IMG/VR virus record: IMGVR_UViG_3300038679_000051
Span: 32,001 to 96,000 of that record
Reading direction: 5' to 3' (one strand)
From: a virus
Lineage: Duplodnaviria > Caudoviricetes
DNA: 64,000 bases
Below are positions 62,171 to 64,000 of the stretch, piece by piece (position 1 is the first letter of the stretch; each line of letters begins with the position of its first letter). The position numbers and the translations under genes are program-made. Under the pieces are notes generated by a model that saw only the letters and a program-made list of their open reading frames with translations, did no database searches and was not told where the DNA came from.

Positions 62171-62830
62171 CTATGCCAGAATGCAGATCTTGGTCTTGAA
62201 TTTCCTATCAACATATTTAAGTGCATCACCATTTTGTCTTACCGCTGCCATGCATATTTCTGGCGTCTGTTCTTTGACATATTCAAGTGCTGCACCATTT
62301 TGTCGTACTGCGGCCATGCATATTTCTGGCGTCTGTTTTTTGACAAACCGAAGTGCATCACCATCTTGTTGTACTGCTGCCAGGCATATTTCTGGCGTCT
62401 GTTTTTTGACATATACAAGTACCCAACCCCATTGTTGTACTACTGCCATACATATTTCTGGCGTCTGTTCCTTGACATATTTAAGTGCATCATTATCTTG
62501 TTGTACTGCTGCCATGCATATTTCTGGTGTTTGTTCCTTGACGTGTTCAAGTGCTGCACCATTTTGTCGTACTGCCGCCATGCATATTTCTGGTGTCTGT
62601 TCCTTGACATATACAAGTACATGACCCCATTGTTGTACTGCTGCCAGGCATATGGCTGGAAATTGATTGTCTAAATGTTTAAGCACATCACTTAAAACCC
62701 GAATCTCATCATCCAATAATTTCTTAACGATCGTTTCGTCCTTCATCTGTTTATAATTGCCATCAAACTTTCTCACTGCTTCAATCACATCATTCAATTG
62801 TTCCTTACTTGCGTTCGTCATCCAGTGCAT
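62171..62830 (-). CDS. MHW-cap / DUF4116-repeat protein 11
   Basis: MHWMTNASKEQL cap plus about 6.5 repeats. Confidence 0.85.
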   Translation of the reverse strand: MHWMTNASKEQLNDVIEAVRKFDGNYKQMKDETIVKKLLDDEIRVLSDVLKHLDNQFPAICLAAVQQWGHVLVYVKEQTPEICMAAVRQNGAALEHVKEQTPEICMAAVQQDNDALKYVKEQTPEICMAVVQQWGWVLVYVKKQTPEICLAAVQQDGDALRFVKKQTPEICMAAVRQNGAALEYVKEQTPEICMAAVRQNGDALKYVDRKFKTKICILA

Positions 62831-62869
62831 GTTTATCTCCTATTGGACCAATTTGTCTCTTTTGTTATT

Positions 62870-64000
62870 TCATTCCCTCAATTTCCTGACGTTGGTCGTC
62901 TCTACTTCCTCATCGTCTGAGGCTGGTGTGGCGTTTTCCTTGGCCCAATTTGCCATTGTCTCCAATTGCTTGGCGCGTGATTTGGCCAATGGTGTGAAGC
63001 TGTCCATTTCTGCCAAGATGTGTTCCTTGGTCAATTGGCGATCACCGCCCATGTGATAAGCATGAAACAATCCACCGATGACGGCTTGTTCGATTTCTGC
63101 GCCACTGTAATCCCTAGATTGTTTGACCAATTCATCAACGCCGACCTTCTTTGGATCGCGACCGTGTTTGCGGATTTGGATTTCAAAAATGTCCTTACGT
63201 TCCCTCTCAGACGGCAGACCGACGAAGAAGATTTCGTCGAAGCGACCTTTTCTGAGCAATTCATCTGGCAACAAATCAATTCTGTTCACTGTGGCCATGA
63301 TGAAGGCTTGTGATTTCTTTTCCTGCATCCACGTAATGAAGGTGCCGAACACCCGTTTGCCGGTGCCGCCGTCAGTCTCACCGCTACCGCCCATTCCGGC
63401 GAATGCCTTGTCCAATTCATCGATCCAGACGATGCAGCGACCGACGGCATCGATCGTGTTGATGGCCGTCCGCACGTTTGCTTCCGATTGACCGACCAAC
63501 GACCCAAATACTTTGCCGACGTCAAATCGAATGAGTGGGACGCCGATTAGGTTTGATGCTGCTTTGGCGGCGAGGCTTTTACCACACCCTGGCAGGCCCA
63601 CCAGCATGACGCCCTTCGGCGACGGCAGACCATACTGTTTCGCCTCTTTGGTGAAGCATGGTTGGACGCGATTTTTGAGCCATCGTTTCAAGCGGTTCAA
63701 ACCACCCACGTCTTCAGGTTTCTCAACCGCCTCGAAGATTTCCAAGATGCCGCTCTTTTTGACCGCCAATGATTTTTCTTTCATGACAATTCGACTGATC
63801 GGTAGATCAAGATTCAATTTCTTTTTGTCGATTGCTGCCTTTGCGATTGCGTTTTCCGCTTCACCAATCGTCAGCCCCATAGCTGATTGGATGATCATGT
63901 CTTTTTCTTCTTCCTCGATCTTACCGAAAACGTTCTTATTCTCAGACATCAGATTATCCAAGACTAACAGGATGTCTTTCTCTGATGGCAAATCGAATTC
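62870..64000 (-). CDS. AAA+ ATPase, Ycf46/SpoVK-like (5' end outside the window)
   Basis: DVGGLNRLKRWL, GVMLVGLPGCGKS (Walker A), VWIDELDK (Walker B), ATVN, LLRKGRFDE (SRH); frame open to the window edge. Confidence 0.92.
   Translation of the reverse strand, partial: EFDLPSEKDILLVLDNLMSENKNVFGKIEEEEKDMIIQSAMGLTIGEAENAIAKAAIDKKKLNLDLPISRIVMKEKSLAVKKSGILEIFEAVEKPEDVGGLNRLKRWLKNRVQPCFTKEAKQYGLPSPKGVMLVGLPGCGKSLAAKAASNLIGVPLIRFDVGKVFGSLVGQSEANVRTAINTIDAVGRCIVWIDELDKAFAGMGGSGETDGGTGKRVFGTFITWMQEKKSQAFIMATVNRIDLLPDELLRKGRFDEIFFVGLPSERERKDIFEIQIRKHGRDPKKVGVDELVKQSRDYSGAEIEQAVIGGLFHAYHMGGDRQLTKEHILAEMDSFTPLAKSRAKQLETMANWAKENATPASDDEEVETTNVRKLRE

Larger units (their letters stand above)
61185..62908. 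repeat. Three copies of the AAA-gene 3' end separating downstream genes
   Basis: 62870-62908 versus 61522-61555: 24+10 nt identical with a 5-nt indel. 62876-62903 versus 61185-61212: 28 nt identical. Confidence 0.9.

Noticed and set aside
61953-62674. Long plus-strand ORFs antisense to DUF4116 genes (also 12571, 15042, 48801, 48935, 61768)
   Set aside because: They are shadows of the repetitive codon pattern: no RBS, low-complexity Cys/Tyr/Phe text, and they recur in every paralog.
12558-62830. Diversity-generating retroelement acting on the DUF4116 genes
   Set aside because: No reverse transcriptase or non-coding template repeat is in the window, and repeat differences are not confined to adenines. 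The rest of the genome is unseen.
1-64000. Genome-wide stop-codon reassignment (code 4, 15 or 25)
   Set aside because: Long genes (ligA, R-M, AAA) are intact under code 11. TGA and TAG act as stops in many ATGA and overlap junctions. Only one internal TGA was found.

Overview
Gene-dense ~64 kb segment that reads as part of a large (jumbo-type) bacteriophage genome or a similar large element. No capsid, terminase or integrase gene is visible here, so the phage call is inference. Positions 1-6.6 kb are mostly plus strand: a PKD/Ig-like protein, four GT2 glycosyltransferases, a lipoprotein with a C-terminal TM helix, an RHH protein and a candidate structured RNA. From 6.6 kb on, almost everything is minus strand: tRNA(CAU), a complete tmRNA, about 100 small hypothetical genes, a Type ISP-like restriction-modification enzyme, HD and HAD hydrolases, a sigma-70-like protein, an ATP-dependent ligase catalytic domain, NAD-dependent LigA, WGR and DUF6744-like proteins, a radical SAM protein and a partial Ycf46-like AAA ATPase. 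Four signals stand out. (1) There are 11 dispersed paralogs with a conserved MHW.. N-terminal cap plus 22-aa DUF4116-type repeats, together with divergent, fused and stub derivatives. (2) Gene junctions (3' gene ends or RBS+ATG) are repeatedly duplicated as direct repeats flanking 1-3-gene blocks, including a synonymously diverged orphan copy of the ligA 3' end; this suggests cassette-like gene gain. (3) The same 20-bp, CSANNK-encoding palindromic segment sits in frame in two unrelated genes. (4) Two GC-rich regions look like structured RNAs. All calls are by eye, with no database search.
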